The translations under genes and the position numbers were made by a program. The notes below the pieces were generated by a model that saw nothing but the letters and a program-made list of their open reading frames with translations, did not search any database and had not been told where the DNA came from. A DNA stretch of 64,000 nt, from assembly GCF_023055435.1 (NCBI RefSeq), contig NW_025964001.1:10788001-10852000 (forward strand), written 5' to 3'. This document shows positions 62,167 through 64,000 of this stretch, piece after piece (the stretch's first letter is position 1; the number at the start of each line of letters is the position of its first letter). The stretch comes from Haliotis rufescens. Its lineage: Eukaryota.

Positions 62167-62574
62167 CCTCCTCCAAAGGAACAATATATCATGTTTGCAT
62201 GTAACAATGTATGTTAAGTGATAACATCAGCCGGTAAACAGTCACGGCTAGGCAAATCAGCGACAGATAGCATGGGTAACGATCCATGCCTTGAGCATGG
62301 CGATGCATATATATATCAAGTCATCAGCGTGAATAGCTGTACACGTTTGTAACACTGATCTGTACTGGTGTGTGACTTGACAGGTTTGAACTGGTCCTAC
62401 CTAGGCATCCCACACACAAGTTTTGTCCACAGTCCTGCAGCATGTGCCTTGTACAACACGCCTGGCCCCTTTACAAGAGAGGAACATCCGCCCTATTGTC
62501 TATAATAATCTCATCAGATCTGTGAGCATCAAGTAAGCGACAGTAAACAGGTATTGGGTTAAATTGCAATATTC

Positions 62575-63005
62575 AGGCTAGAACTCCACGGAATGTATGT
62601 TGTTGTGTACTCACATTTGGAGTTCATCCCAAGTCCTTGGCATCAGCTATAACTCCATGGAATGTACATTGTCCTCCTATTAGGAGTTCATCCCAAGTCC
62701 TTGGCATCAGCTATAACTCCATGGAATGTACATTGTCCTCCTATTAGGAGTTCATCCCAAGTCCTTGGCATCAGCTATAACTCCATGGAATGTACATTGT
62801 CCTCCTATTAGGAGTTCATCCCAAGTCCTTGGCATCAGCTATAACTCCATGGAATGTACATTGTCCTCCTATTAGGAGTTCATCCCAAGTCCTTGGCATC
62901 AGCTATAACTCCATGGAATGTACATTGTACTCTTATTAGGAGTTGATCCCAAGTCCTTAGCGTGATGAGCAAACACTTCAACCACTAGACCATCCAATAT
63001 CGCCC
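62575..63005. repeat. 64-bp tandem repeat (~6 copies) derived from a tRNA-SINE
   Basis: Units start at 62619, 62683, 62747, 62811, 62875, 62939; the last unit runs into a diverged family-B SINE head. Confidence 0.85.
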
Positions 63006-63116
63006 TGAGAGCATCAATGTATAGATGGCTTCAGATCTATTCATGATCAGTTGTGGAATCAGATCAACTCGGGCATAGCAGGAAAACATTGTGCTTCAGC
63101 CAGGATTTAACCAAGA

Positions 63117-63472
63117 AGGTGAGGTGAGGTGAAATTGGGTTTAACGTCGCATCCAAGATTATTGGACTTATATAGCGACTCGCATGCACGTGTGTGTGTG
63201 TTTGTTGCTGCTTGTACTAGTCCGGACTGATGCCGATTTATAGTGCTAGCCCACTGAGATACCATGCCGCAGTTTAACATGAATACCCCACTCAGACACA
63301 GTATACTGACTCCGAGCCCACCAGTCCTTGTTTTAGCTCCTTAATGCCGAGCGCCAGACAGGGTAACAACAAGTACCATCTTTTAACGTCTTTTGGTATG
63401 ACGTGGCCGGGGATCGAACCCCGGACCTTCGTTCTCCGGGCGGACACTCTACCACTAGACCACTGAGGCAGC
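63117..63472 (-). mobile_element. SINE family D
   Basis: Full-length match. Confidence 0.87.
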
Positions 63473-63889
63473 TAACTAAGAAGTGCTAACTGAGACATTA
63501 CTTTTTCGGAAAGTGTGCTAACGGAATGACACACAATGATGCAAGTGGCTCATATTTCACGGTTGCCACCCCCTCCCCTGCTAACCAATATGCACATCTG
63601 AGAGAAGCAATTGATGCTTCATTTTTTCCATTATGGTACACATTCCTTGGAATAATAGCCATAGCCGATGACATTTTTGTTCTTAGAAACCAAGTAGTGA
63701 CTCATGAAACGTATGAAGCCACATTCATTTTAAAAGACCGGATCTAAAAAATATAGTCAAGATTGTCTGACATTAGTGTTGTATAAAATACTGTTTTTAG
63801 TCTAACATTACTGAGGGATCTGTGCCAATGTATATGCACTTGTGTTTATTTTGAGTGCCAATGTCCAATGTGTGTGAATGACACAAAGG

Positions 63890-64000
63890 CTGAGGTGAAA
63901 TGGGGTTTAACGTCGCTTCCAAGATTATTGCACTTATATAGCGTACGTGTGTTTGTGTGGCTGCTTGTACTAGTCCAGACTGATGCCGATTTATAGTGCT
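63890..64000 (-). mobile_element. SINE family D (runs off the window)
   Basis: 3' part matches. Confidence 0.8.

Noticed and set aside
61600-62560. Possible decayed LTR-retrotransposon integrase sequence
   Set aside because: No diagnostic motif is readable by eye; needs tBLASTx/HMMER.

Overview
AT-rich, repeat-dense eukaryotic (animal) genomic DNA. It is most likely a mollusc, plausibly an abalone-like gastropod; this is inferred from the SINE types and the intron-containing GH10 genes. The left half (+ strand) is a tandem cluster of endogenous, spliced GH10 xylanase-type glycoside hydrolases. It holds the last 4 exons of one copy (424-2546), one complete 12-exon copy (9961-21248, 562 aa; signal peptide, CBM-like domain, GH10 with both catalytic Glu), and relic exons of further copies (9417-9548, 16868-16907, 22861-23002). 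The right half (- strand) is a head-to-tail array of four secreted BPTI/Kunitz genes, three of whose Kunitz exons are absent from the ORF track. Their P1 residues are Lys (31901-34993, with duplicated 21-nt microexons), Arg/Arg (36985-41347, two domains in an acidic Ser/Thr-rich protein), Asp (44349-48480) and Glu (49574-51040, whose signal-peptide exon end and donor site are tandemly repeated five times). The rest comprises about 50 SINE copies from four families, three decayed Tc1 elements, mariner, hAT, Penelope and L2-like fragments, MITEs, a 2.6 kb TIR element carrying palindromic minisatellites, other tandem repeats and one N gap. All gene models were assembled by eye from GT-AG sites and frame continuity; no database search was run.
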